From an uncultured Rhodobacterales bacterium (GTDB lineage: Bacteria > Pseudomonadota > Alphaproteobacteria > Rhodobacterales > Rhodobacteraceae): a DNA stretch of 64,000 nt. Position 1 is the stretch's first letter. Every line of letters begins with the position of its first letter. This document shows positions 9,384-18,749 of the stretch, in pieces. A program made the translations under genes and the position numbers. Below the pieces are notes generated by a model. That model was not told where the DNA came from. It did not search any database and worked only from the letters and a program-made list of their open reading frames with translations. Location: assembly GCA_903873585.1 (NCBI GenBank), contig CAIQOV010000007.1:1779-65778 (forward strand), in the 5' to 3' direction.

Positions 9384-10649
9384 ATGGACCATTTCCTTTA
9401 CAAAAACGGGCAGCTTATGGCCGAAGATGTCGCCCTAGCCGACATCGCTGCCGCCGTGGGCACGCCGTTTTACGCCTATTCTGCCGCCACGCTGACCCGC
9501 CATTACCAGTTGTTCACGCAAGCCCTTTCCCCCTTGCCGCATAACGTGTGCTTTGCGATCAAGTCGCTGTCCAATCTGGCGGTGCTCAAACTGCTGGGCG
9601 ATCTGGGCGCTGGCATGGATGTCGTGTCAGGCGGGGAATATATGCGCGCCAAGGCGGCAGGTGTTCCGGGCGAGCGGATCGTATTCTCTGGCGTGGGCAA
9701 AACGCGCGACGAGATGCGCTTGGCGCTGACAGGCGGTGTGCGGCAATTCAACGTGGAATCTGAACCAGAATTGCTGGTTCTGTCGGCGGTGGCGACCGAA
9801 TTGGGCCTAACCGCCCCCATCACCTTGCGCATCAACCCCGATGTCGATGCCAAAACCCATGAGAAAATCGCCACGGGCAAGAAAGAAAACAAGTTCGGCA
9901 TTCCAATCTCAAAGGCCCGCGAAGTCTATGCCCAAGCGGCCAGCCTGCCCGGCCTGCAAGTGGTGGGCATTGATGTGCATATCGGCAGCCAGTTGACAGA
10001 GCTTGCCCCGTTTGAAGCCGCCTTCCAGAAGGTGGCCGAACTGACCGAACAGTTGCGCGCCGATGGGCACACCATCACACGGCTTGATCTGGGCGGCGGG
10101 CTTGGCATTCCTTACACCCGTTCCAACGAAGCGCCCCCATTGCCCTTAGACTACGGCGCGCTGATCAAGCGCACCTTGGGGCATTTGGGGTGTGAGATTG
10201 AAATTGAACCGGGCCGCCTGATTTCGGGCAATTCCGGCGTGCTGGTGTCGGAAGTCATCTACGTCAAACAGGGCGAGGATCGCACCTTTTTGATCGTCGA
10301 TGCCGCGATGAACGACCTTGTGCGCCCGTCGATGTACGGCGCACATCATGACATTGTGCCGGTGATCGAGGCAGAGGCTGGCGCCGAGATGCAAGATTAT
10401 GACGTTGTCGGCCCCGTGTGCGAAACCGGCGATACCTTTGCCAAGGCCCGCGCTTTGCCTGCAATGGTGGCGGGGGATTTGCTGGCGTTTCGCTCGGCAG
10501 GGGCTTACGGCGCGGTTATGGCGTCAGAATACAACACCCGCCCCTTGGTGCCCGAGGTTCTGGTGCAAGGCGATCACTTCGCCGTCATCCGCGCCCGCCC
10601 GACCTTTGACGAAATCTTGAAGCGCGATAGCATTCCCGAATGGCTCTGA
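9384..10649 (+). CDS. lysA: Diaminopimelate decarboxylase
   Basis: FAIKSLSN (PLP Lys), DVVSGGE, HIGSQ, LDLGGG, EPGR, GPVCETGD, GAYG. Confidence 0.97.
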   Translation: MDHFLYKNGQLMAEDVALADIAAAVGTPFYAYSAATLTRHYQLFTQALSPLPHNVCFAIKSLSNLAVLKLLGDLGAGMDVVSGGEYMRAKAAGVPGERIVFSGVGKTRDEMRLALTGGVRQFNVESEPELLVLSAVATELGLTAPITLRINPDVDAKTHEKIATGKKENKFGIPISKAREVYAQAASLPGLQVVGIDVHIGSQLTELAPFEAAFQKVAELTEQLRADGHTITRLDLGGGLGIPYTRSNEAPPLPLDYGALIKRTLGHLGCEIEIEPGRLISGNSGVLVSEVIYVKQGEDRTFLIVDAAMNDLVRPSMYGAHHDIVPVIEAEAGAEMQDYDVVGPVCETGDTFAKARALPAMVAGDLLAFRSAGAYGAVMASEYNTRPLVPEVLVQGDHFAVIRARPTFDEILKRDSIPEWL

Positions 10650-10662
10650 CCGGGCGGGGGAT

Positions 10663-13089
10663 ATGACGCAAACCACGCCCGAAGGGGCCCTAAAGCGGAT
10701 CACTGTGCCGCTGCGCCTGACCCTGCTGGGGCTGTGGGCCGAGGCCGTGACGCGCGCTTTGTGGCCTTTGTGGAGCGTGCTTATCCTTGGGCTGGGGCTG
10801 GCAGCACTTGGCGTGCAAGACCACCTGCCGCTAGAGGCGGATTGGGCCGGCCTTGTTTTAGGCTGTGTGGGGCTGATCTGGGGCGCTGTTCACGCCCTGC
10901 GGACCTTTGCCAAACCCACGCGCGATCAAGCCCTTGCACGCCTTGACAGCCGCCTGCCCGGCCAACCCATCGCAGCCCTGCGCGATTCTCTGGCGATGGG
11001 CGCGCAAGACCCTGCCACCCAAGCCCTATGGGCGGTTCACCGCAGCCGCATGGCCCAACGCGCAAGTTCCGCCCAAGCAGTACAGCCCGACCTGCGCCTT
11101 GCCAGCCGCGACCCCTACGCGCTGCGCTATATGGCGCTGACGGTGCTGGTGCTGGCGCTGATCTTCGGCTCGGTCTGGCGCATCACCTCGGTTGCCAGCC
11201 TGCCCGGGCCGGCGGGGGCGGGCCAAGTGGCCGCTGGCCCTGCTTGGGAGGGATGGGCGCAGCCGCCCGCCTATACGGGCAAGCCCGCGCTGTATTTGAA
11301 CGATCAAACCGGCCCCACGCTGACCCTGCCCGCAGGCACGCGCATTCAACTGCGCTTTTACGGCGCACCGGGCGCGCTGATCTTGGCCGAAACCGTATCA
11401 GGGCGCACCGATGTGGCCGCAGCCTCTGACCCTGCGCAGGATTTCACGCTCACCCGCTCTGGCCGGTTGACGATTGACGGCGCAGGGGGGCGGTCTTGGG
11501 CTGTCACGGTGCAACCCGATGCACCGCCCAGCATTGCGCCTGCGGGTAAGATCGACCGCGACGCCGAGGGGCGCTTTAAACAGCCGTTTGAAGCGCGCGA
11601 TGATTACGGCGTGACCAAAGGGTGGGTGTCCATCGCGCTTGATCTGCCCGCCGTCGACCGCCGCTATGGCCTGAGTGCCGACCCAGAACCCCGCGCCCCC
11701 GTGGTGCTGGACCTACCCCTGCCCATGACGCGCGACCGCACCAAGGTCGCACAGGTGCTGGTTGATGACCTGTCTAAAGACGTCATGGCCAACCTGCCCG
11801 TCACGCTGACATTCACCGCCACCGATGGTGCAGGCCAAACCGCCAGCGCCGCACCTTTGCACGTCGTTCTGCCCGCACGGCGCTTTTTTGACCCGCTTGC
11901 CGCTGCTGTGGCGGAACTGCGCCGCGACCTGCTGTGGAACCGCAGCAATGCCCCCACGATTGTCGAGGTGCTAAAGGCGCTGACCTATAGGCCCGAAGGC
12001 CTGTTGCCCGACCAAAAGGCCTATCTGCGCCTGCGTGTGCTGATCACCGATTTGGACAAGACCGCAGCCGAACTAGACACGCCCAAGCGCGACGCGCTGG
12101 CCGAAGAGATGTGGTCCATCGCCCTTCTGATCGAGGATGGCGAGCTGTCCTCAGCCCTTGCGGCGATGAAGCGCGCGCAAGACCGACTGTCGCAAGCCAT
12201 TCGCAACGGCGCAAGCCCCGCCGAAATTGACCGCCTGATGCAAGAAATGCGGCAGGCTTTGGATGCCTATATGGCGCAAGAGGCGCAAAAGAACGCGCAA
12301 GGGCTAGATGAACCGAACCAGCCCGACCCCAACTCTCCCAAGATCACCCAAGACCAGTTGCAAGCCATGCTCGACCAGTTGCAATCGCTGATGCGACAAG
12401 GCCGCACGGCCGAAGCACAAGCGCTTATGCAGCAATTGCGCGATCTGATGAACACCATGAAAGTCACCAAAGGGGACGGGTCCGGCCAAGGTGGCGCGGG
12501 TCAAGGGGCGATGAAAGACCTTGGCCAAACCCTGCGCGACCAACAAAAACTGTCGGACGACAGTTTTCGTGATCTGCAAGATGGCGGGCCTGACGGCGAA
12601 AGCTTGGCTGACAGGCAAAAGCGCCTGAAAGACCACATCGACCAGTTGCGCCGCAGCGGCACCTTGCCCGGCGCGGGCGACCCGAAGGGAACCGAAGGCC
12701 GCAAATCCCTAGACGATGCGGGCCGCGCGATGGAGGATGCCGAAAAGGCCCTGCGCGATGGCAACCTGCCGCAAGCCTTGGACAAACAGGCCGAAGCGCT
12801 GGATGATTTGCGCCAAGGTATCAAGCACTTGGGCGATGCTATGGCGCAAAATCAGGCCGACACGTCTGATCCAAACGCAAAGCAGGCAGGCCCGCAAGGC
12901 CAACGCGATCCCTTGGGGCGCGATGGGGCAACGGGCACCGAAATGGCGCCTGATCACGGCTTGCTTCAGGGCCAAGATGTCTATCGCCGCGCGCAAGAAT
13001 TGCTGGACGAAATCCGCAAACGCGCAGGCCAGCAAGGGCGGCCGGATCAGGAACGCAGCTATCTCAAACGGCTGTTAGACCTGTTTTGA
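10663..13089 (+). CDS. TIGR02302/DUF4175 family membrane and coiled-coil protein
   Basis: N-terminal TM helices, WAQPPAYTGKP, DDYGV, C-terminal DPLGR...RRAQELLDEIRKR...ERSYLKRLL; downstream of lysA. Confidence 0.85.
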   Translation: MTQTTPEGALKRITVPLRLTLLGLWAEAVTRALWPLWSVLILGLGLAALGVQDHLPLEADWAGLVLGCVGLIWGAVHALRTFAKPTRDQALARLDSRLPGQPIAALRDSLAMGAQDPATQALWAVHRSRMAQRASSAQAVQPDLRLASRDPYALRYMALTVLVLALIFGSVWRITSVASLPGPAGAGQVAAGPAWEGWAQPPAYTGKPALYLNDQTGPTLTLPAGTRIQLRFYGAPGALILAETVSGRTDVAAASDPAQDFTLTRSGRLTIDGAGGRSWAVTVQPDAPPSIAPAGKIDRDAEGRFKQPFEARDDYGVTKGWVSIALDLPAVDRRYGLSADPEPRAPVVLDLPLPMTRDRTKVAQVLVDDLSKDVMANLPVTLTFTATDGAGQTASAAPLHVVLPARRFFDPLAAAVAELRRDLLWNRSNAPTIVEVLKALTYRPEGLLPDQKAYLRLRVLITDLDKTAAELDTPKRDALAEEMWSIALLIEDGELSSALAAMKRAQDRLSQAIRNGASPAEIDRLMQEMRQALDAYMAQEAQKNAQGLDEPNQPDPNSPKITQDQLQAMLDQLQSLMRQGRTAEAQALMQQLRDLMNTMKVTKGDGSGQGGAGQGAMKDLGQTLRDQQKLSDDSFRDLQDGGPDGESLADRQKRLKDHIDQLRRSGTLPGAGDPKGTEGRKSLDDAGRAMEDAEKALRDGNLPQALDKQAEALDDLRQGIKHLGDAMAQNQADTSDPNAKQAGPQGQRDPLGRDGATGTEMAPDHGLLQGQDVYRRAQELLDEIRKRAGQQGRPDQERSYLKRLLDLF

Positions 13090-13111
13090 TCCGCAACGAG
13101 TGCGGCAGCGC

Positions 13112-13825
13112 TTAGCCTGTCACGCGCAGCCAGACCGATTGCGCCCACTCCAAAGCCTGTCGCATATGAACCTGCGCCCAAAGCAAGGCGCGGTCCACCG
13201 CCGCGACATAGTCAGCACTGGTTTGGGCAAGGGCGGGGGCTTTTTCGGCAATAAGCGGCGCAAAGACATATAAGGCCAGCAAGATCACGGCTGCCAAGAT
13301 CAGCAAAAGAAACACGCGCATCGCGGCACTGGGGCGGGACTTGGGCGGAAACTGCCCGTCTAACTGTGGCGCGTCAGGGATCGGGCCGTCTTGCAGGGCG
13401 GCTGTTACCTCGTCAATCGCGGGCAGCAGATCACGGCGCGGGCGCGTCGGTTGCAGGTCGGGCGGCGCGTCATTTGACGCGCGCAAGGCGTATAACGGCT
13501 CAGCATCATCGCCGACAGGGGCCAAAGGCATCTGGCCTTCGGTTCCAAAGCGTTCCGTCTCGGCCTGCCGGGCTTGTGCTTCGCGGTCAGCCTCTTGGCG
13601 CAGCACGTCTAAAACAGCGCTATCGACGGGGCGGTGAAGATCGGGGCTGGTGGCATCTGGCGCGGCGTCGCCATCATCGGGCAGGGCTTCGTCAAGCGTC
13701 AGGTCGGCAAACGCCTGAAACCAGCCATGACCGCAGTTGGAACATTCCACCTCGCGGCCCGACCGCGGAATGGCCGTGCGCGCGATTTCATATTCAGCAT
13801 CGCAGGTGGGGCACACTAAGCGCAT
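13112..13825 (-). CDS. MJ0042-type zinc-ribbon domain protein with C-terminal TM helix
   Basis: MRLVCPTCDAEYEI...GREVECSNCGHGWFQ; LDVLRQEADRE. Confidence 0.85.
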   Translation of the reverse strand: MRLVCPTCDAEYEIARTAIPRSGREVECSNCGHGWFQAFADLTLDEALPDDGDAAPDATSPDLHRPVDSAVLDVLRQEADREAQARQAETERFGTEGQMPLAPVGDDAEPLYALRASNDAPPDLQPTRPRRDLLPAIDEVTAALQDGPIPDAPQLDGQFPPKSRPSAAMRVFLLLILAAVILLALYVFAPLIAEKAPALAQTSADYVAAVDRALLWAQVHMRQALEWAQSVWLRVTG

Positions 13826-14025
13826 GGCATTTTGTCCCGTTTGGGTTAAAGCGGCTCACTTAAGGTTTACCAACGAAACCTGCGGCGTCCAACACTTTGT
13901 CACCGTTTGGGGAAGACTTCTTCGGGCAAAGCCACTCTGCCCGTTGAAACCCGCCCCGCCTTGGGCAATGTTGGGGCAAAGTCGGGGCAGCAAAGCCCCC
14001 GCAAGCCCCTGCAAGGAATGACCCG

Positions 14026-14751
14026 ATGCCGCTGCGCTGGATTTTATCGCTGATCTTTTTGGTGCAGATGTATCTGATGATGGCCGTGGTGGCTGTGGTT
14101 TTTGCCATTCCCGCCCTGATCAGCCGCAAAGGCGCCTTTGCGGCGGTGCATTTTTACTGCGCTTGGGTGCGGGTAACGGCACGGCTGCTGGTCGGCCTGC
14201 GGTCAGAAGTGCGCGGAGAGGTGCCGCAGGGCGCTGTGCTGATTGCGTCGAAGCACCAAAGCTTTTTTGACATCATTATGCTGTGTTCGGCCCTGCCTGC
14301 GCCGAAGTTTATCATGAAGAAAGAACTGATCTGGGCACCGTTCTTGGGCCAATATGCCCTGCGGATCGGCTGCATTCCGGTGGATCGCGGCAAGCGGGGG
14401 GCGGCGATTGCCGCGATGAAGACCGCAGCGTCGCGCGGTGCGGCCCATCCGGGCCAGTTGGTGATTTACCCGCAAGGCACGCGCGTGGCACCGGGGGTCA
14501 GCCTGCCCTACAAGATCGGGGCGGGGCTGCTGTATCAGCACTTGGGGCAAACCTGCGTGCCCGTGGCCACCAATGTCGGTGTTTTTTGGCCCAAAGGCGG
14601 CATCTTGCGCAAACCAGGACTGGCAGTGATCGAGTTTTTACCGCCGATAGAACCTGGTCAACCCATGGCGGCGTTTATGACTTCGGTTGAAGCGCAGGTG
14701 GAAACGGCGTCAAACGCGCTGATGCGCGAGGCGGGATTTGCCGTTCACTAA
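14026..14751 (+). CDS. plsC: 1-acyl-sn-glycerol-3-phosphate acyltransferase family
   Basis: SKHQSFFD (HX4D), IPVDRG, IYPQGTR. Confidence 0.88.
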   Translation: MPLRWILSLIFLVQMYLMMAVVAVVFAIPALISRKGAFAAVHFYCAWVRVTARLLVGLRSEVRGEVPQGAVLIASKHQSFFDIIMLCSALPAPKFIMKKELIWAPFLGQYALRIGCIPVDRGKRGAAIAAMKTAASRGAAHPGQLVIYPQGTRVAPGVSLPYKIGAGLLYQHLGQTCVPVATNVGVFWPKGGILRKPGLAVIEFLPPIEPGQPMAAFMTSVEAQVETASNALMREAGFAVH

Positions 14752-14802
14752 CAAATGGTTCTGCGCAACCAAAAGCGAAATGTAAGAAAGCAAAGGTCTA
14801 AG

Positions 14803-15408
14803 ATGAACTGGATCACCACGCTTGACGACCTGCACAGCCATTACGGCACACCCGCCAAGCCTGCGGTGGCCAAAGTGACCCCCTACCTGACGCCCAGTTA
14901 CCGCACCTTCCTGACCCGCAGCCGTTTTTGCGTGCTGACCACTGTTGGGCCGGAAGGCACCGATGGTAGCCCGCGCGGTGATGCGGGGCCGGTGGTGGCT
15001 GTGCTAGATGACCGCACGTTGGCTCTGCCAGATTGGAATGGCAACGAACGCATCGATTCGCTGCGCAACATTGTGCGCGATGAACGGGTGAGCTTGATGT
15101 TTTTGATCGCGGGATCAACCAATGCGCTGCGGGTGAACGGGCGTGCACGGCTAACCGCCGACGCCGCGCTGCGTGAAACCTTTGCACGGGAAGGGGTTTC
15201 GCCCCGCACCGTCATCGTCATTGCGGTGGATGAGGCCTATCCCCAATGCGCCAAGGCGCTGCAAAGGTCGGCGCTGTGGACGGCGGGAGATCAAAGCGCG
15301 GGTCTGCCCTCGGTCGGGCAAATGCTGCAAGAGGCGACACAGGGCGGCATTAACGGCGCAGATTATGACAGCGAACGCGCCACGCGCGCGCATTTGGGCT
15401 GGTGGTAG
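14803..15408 (+). CDS. Pyridoxamine 5'-phosphate oxidase-like FMN-binding protein (MSMEG_1061 family)
   Basis: DGSPRGDAG, LPDWNGNERIDSLRNI, LRVNGRA, YPQCAKALQRS. Confidence 0.85.
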   Translation: MNWITTLDDLHSHYGTPAKPAVAKVTPYLTPSYRTFLTRSRFCVLTTVGPEGTDGSPRGDAGPVVAVLDDRTLALPDWNGNERIDSLRNIVRDERVSLMFLIAGSTNALRVNGRARLTADAALRETFAREGVSPRTVIVIAVDEAYPQCAKALQRSALWTAGDQSAGLPSVGQMLQEATQGGINGADYDSERATRAHLGWW

Positions 15409-15413
15409 GGCAC

Positions 15414-15500
15414 GATTTTTCTGCGAAAAATCACGTCTGCGCCAGATGACAGGTGCAAGGTTTAAGTGGCCCGCAGGGCTTGATTTTTCGCAGAAAAATC
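15414..15500. repeat. Inverted doublet of a 20-bp palindromic hairpin (REP-like) between convergent genes
   Basis: GATTTTTCTGCGAAAAATCA (15414-15433) and its exact reverse complement (15481-15500). Confidence 0.8.
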
Positions 15501-15514
15501 GGCGGTGCACCCGC

Positions 15515-16474
15515 TTAGGCGGCCAAGCCCTTCGTTCCCATCGTCAAGAACTTCTCACGCCGATCCTTGATCAACGCATCGGGTTTCTTGCCCGAAAGCT
15601 CTTTCAACATAGCCTCAATCGCCTTGCCCACTGCGGCGATGGTTTCCTTGCGCCCACGCTGAGCACCGCCCATCGGTTCTGTCACAATGCGGTCAATCAC
15701 GGCGAGTTTTTGCAAATCTTGTGCCGTCAGGCGCAAAGCCTCCGCCGCTTCGCGCATCTTTTCGGCGTCTTTCCACAGGATCGACGCACACCCTTCAGGG
15801 CTGATCACCGAATAGATCGAATGTTCCAGCATGGCGATGCGGTTGGCGGTGGCCAGCGCCACAGCGCCGCCTGATCCGCCTTCGCCCACGATCACCGCAA
15901 TCAGCGGCACGCCGATTTGCAGGCTTTTTTCCGTGGCCCGTGCAATAGCTTCCGCCTGCCCGCGCTCTTCTGCCCCTTTGCCCGGATAAGCGCCGGGGGT
16001 GTCAACCAAGGTGATCACCGGCAGGCGAAAGCGGTCAGCCAGATCCATCAGTCGGATGGCTTTGCGGTAGCCTTCGGGCCGCGCCATGCCAAAGTTGCGC
16101 TCGATACGGGTCTTGGTGTCATGGCCCTTTTCTTGGCCCATCACAAGCACGGGTTGATCGTTGAACCGCGCAAGGCCGCCCATGATGGCATGGTCGTCGG
16201 CAAAGTTGCGGTCGCCAGCGAGGGGGGTGAATTCGGTGAACAACGTCTCGATGTAATCGCGGCAATGGGGCCTGTCAGGGTGACGCGCCACTTGGCATTT
16301 CTGCCAAGGGTTCAAGCCCTTATACAGGTCTTTGAGCATCTGGTCGGCCTTGCGGTCCAGCGCCTCGGCCTCTTTCGATACATCCATCGCAGGGTTCGAC
16401 CGACCCATGGCGCGCAGCTCTTCGGCTTTGCCTTCAATCTCTGCGAGAGGTTTTTCGAATTCCAGATAGTTCAT
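15515..16474 (-). CDS. accA: Acetyl-CoA carboxylase carboxyltransferase alpha subunit
   Basis: [61 protein letters not shown]. Confidence 0.98.
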   Translation of the reverse strand: MNYLEFEKPLAEIEGKAEELRAMGRSNPAMDVSKEAEALDRKADQMLKDLYKGLNPWQKCQVARHPDRPHCRDYIETLFTEFTPLAGDRNFADDHAIMGGLARFNDQPVLVMGQEKGHDTKTRIERNFGMARPEGYRKAIRLMDLADRFRLPVITLVDTPGAYPGKGAEERGQAEAIARATEKSLQIGVPLIAVIVGEGGSGGAVALATANRIAMLEHSIYSVISPEGCASILWKDAEKMREAAEALRLTAQDLQKLAVIDRIVTEPMGGAQRGRKETIAAVGKAIEAMLKELSGKKPDALIKDRREKFLTMGTKGLAA

Positions 16475-16566
16475 CGCGCGCTCCAAGAAGGTCGCTAAGG
16501 GGGCTGGCCCCTATATGGCGGCATGGGGGGCAAGATGCAACCAAGGCGCGTTGCATCGCCCTCGCC

Positions 16567-16609
16567 AAAAATGCACGCGCCCCGCACCGACGTGGGCGCA
16601 GGGCGCGTG
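16567..16609 (-). terminator. Probable intrinsic terminator of mcl
   Basis: Minus strand CACGCGCCC...GGGCGCGTG followed by CATTTTT. Confidence 0.6.
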
Positions 16610-16669
16610 TCCTCCCCTATGTGCTGCTTTGGGCCTCCCCTCCCTTAGCAGCAGGGTAACTTTTTGGCC

Positions 16670-17629
16670 TTAGGCCGTACCCACAAGATCAGATTGCGAC
16701 ACGATCACTTCGGCTTGCCGGATCGAGGCTATATCCACCAAGCGCCCCTTGTAAACAGCCGCCCCTTCCCCGCGCTCTTTGGCGGCTTGCATCGCGGCCA
16801 AGATTTCGCGCGCTTCGGCCACGGCTTCGGCAGAGGGGGTGAAAACCTCGTTCGCAAGCGCCACTTGCTTGGGGTGGATCGCCCATTTCCCCACCATGCC
16901 CAAAGTGGCCGACCGGCGGGCTTGGGCGCGAAAGCCTTCGTCGTCGGAAAAGTCGCCAAACGGGCCATCGACCGGCAGAATGCCGTGGGTGCGGCAGGCG
17001 GCGACGATGGCGGTTTGCGCCCAATGCCACGGGTCAGACCAGTGGCGCGCGCCGCCTTGCAGCATATAGTAATTCTCCTGCGTGCCACCGATGCCGGTGG
17101 TCTGCATGCCCATGCTGGCGGCGAAATCGGCAGCGCCCAAGCTCATCGCCGTCAGGCGCGGTGTAGCGGCGGCAATCGCTTCGACATGGCTGATCCCTGC
17201 GGCTGATTCGATAATCACCTCGAAGCCCAAAGGTTTCGTGCGGCCCATGGCGCGTTCTACCGCTGTCACAAGCGCATCGACGGCGTAAAGATCCTCGGCA
17301 CAGCCGACTTTGGGGATCATGATCATGTCCAAGCGCGGGCCTGCCTGTTCCAGCAAGTCAACGACATCGCGGTACCAATAGGGCGTGTCCAGCGCGTTGA
17401 TGCGCACGGACAGGGTCTTTTTGCCCCAATCGATCTCAGAAATCGCCTGAATCACATTGGCCCGCGCCTGCGGCTTGTCGGCGGGGGATACGGAATCCTC
17501 TAGATCAATATTGACCACATCCGCCGCCGAAGTCGCCATTTTGGCAAACAAAGCGGGGCGAGAGCCGGGGCCGAACAATTGGCAGCGGTTGGGGCGGGCG
17601 GGGGGGGCAGGTTGCAGGCGAAAGGACAA
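16670..17629 (-). CDS. mcl: L-malyl-CoA/beta-methylmalyl-CoA lyase (TTG start, 319 aa)
   Basis: (M)SFRLQPAPPARPNRCQLFGPGS, DLEDSV, IIESAAG, LGAADFAASMG, GKWAIHPKQ, GAAVYKGRLVDIASI. Confidence 0.93.
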   Translation of the reverse strand: MSFRLQPAPPARPNRCQLFGPGSRPALFAKMATSAADVVNIDLEDSVSPADKPQARANVIQAISEIDWGKKTLSVRINALDTPYWYRDVVDLLEQAGPRLDMIMIPKVGCAEDLYAVDALVTAVERAMGRTKPLGFEVIIESAAGISHVEAIAAATPRLTAMSLGAADFAASMGMQTTGIGGTQENYYMLQGGARHWSDPWHWAQTAIVAACRTHGILPVDGPFGDFSDDEGFRAQARRSATLGMVGKWAIHPKQVALANEVFTPSAEAVAEAREILAAMQAAKERGEGAAVYKGRLVDIASIRQAEVIVSQSDLVGTA

Positions 17630-17783
17630 GGGGGCCTCGCAAGGATGTTTCAAACTTTTGTGGGCTGGTGATATATAATTGCGCAAATAGCCGCAAGCAC
17701 TCTTCGCGGGCGCAGCATGATAAAAGGCTGGCGCAGGGCGCGCGAAGAAGGGCAAAATGGGCCAACCGTCGAAAGGCCGCTTT

Positions 17784-18746
17784 ATGATCACTGTCACCCC
17801 CGACACCTTTGCCCTCACGCGCACCTTCACCATCTCGCGCGGCAGCAAGACCCAAGCGCAGGTGCTGACCGTGCGGGTGACGCGCGGCGGGGTGACGGGC
17901 TGGGGCGAATGCGTGCCCTATGCGCGCTACGGCGAAAGCCTTGCGTCGGTGACACGGGCCATCTTGGCCCTGCCGCCCGACATCACCCGACACGCGCTGC
18001 AAACCGCGCTTCCCGCAGGGGCGGCGCGCAACGCATTGGACTGCGCGCTGTGGGATTATGAGGCGAAAGCGTCAGGCCAGCGCGCTTGGGCCTTGGCGGG
18101 CTTGGCCGAACCCCGCGCCGTGCAAATCGCCTACACCCTGTCGCTGGATACACCCGATGCGATGCGCGCCCATGCCGCCCAAAACGCGCATCGCCCGTTG
18201 CTAAAGCTGAAACTCGGCACGCCGGATGACATGCCAAGGCTAGAGGCCGTGCGCCAAGGGGCCCCGAAGGCACGGTTGATCGTGGATGCCAACGAAGGCT
18301 GGACACCCGAGGTTTACACCCACCTTGCCCCCCATCTGATCCGCCTTGGCGTGGCGATGGTGGAACAACCCTTGCCCGCTGGCGCGGATGATATGCTGGC
18401 CGAAATCGCAAGGCCCCTGCCGGTGGCGGCGGATGAATCCTGCCATGGTGCGGCCAGTTTAGCGGCGCTGAAGGGCAAATATGATCTGGTGAACCTCAAG
18501 CTTGATAAGACCGGCGGGTTGACCGAGGCGCTTGCCGCAAAGGCTGAAGCGCAGCGTTTGGGCTTTGGGCTGATGGTGGGGTGCATGGTTGGCTCGTCAC
18601 TGGCCATGGCCCCCGCCGTTTTGCTGGCGCAGGGTGCGCAATATTGCGATCTTGACGGGCCGTTGCTTCTGTCACAAGACCGCGAAAACCCGTTGGACTA
18701 TGACGCCCAAGGGGTCCACCCGCCCGTAAGGGCCCTTTGGGGATAG
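17784..18746 (+). CDS. dgcA: Enolase-superfamily dipeptide epimerase / N-acetyl-D-Glu racemase (DgcA-like)
   Basis: FTISRGSK, GECVPYARYGES, KLKLG, DANEG, EQP, ADES, KLDKTGG, GCMV, DLDGP. Confidence 0.8.
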   Translation: MITVTPDTFALTRTFTISRGSKTQAQVLTVRVTRGGVTGWGECVPYARYGESLASVTRAILALPPDITRHALQTALPAGAARNALDCALWDYEAKASGQRAWALAGLAEPRAVQIAYTLSLDTPDAMRAHAAQNAHRPLLKLKLGTPDDMPRLEAVRQGAPKARLIVDANEGWTPEVYTHLAPHLIRLGVAMVEQPLPAGADDMLAEIARPLPVAADESCHGAASLAALKGKYDLVNLKLDKTGGLTEALAAKAEAQRLGFGLMVGCMVGSSLAMAPAVLLAQGAQYCDLDGPLLLSQDRENPLDYDAQGVHPPVRALWG

Positions 18747-18749
18747 ATC

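Noticed and set aside
13843-13865. CtrA site upstream of the zinc-ribbon gene
   Set aside because: The two TTAA half-sites are not 7 nt apart
17630-17848. Upstream extensions of ORF-track starts (mcl, selD, TMADH-like, hydroxyacid dehydrogenase, tag, acd, phaB and others)
   Set aside because: Family N-termini and RBS positions support the shorter starts given in the features
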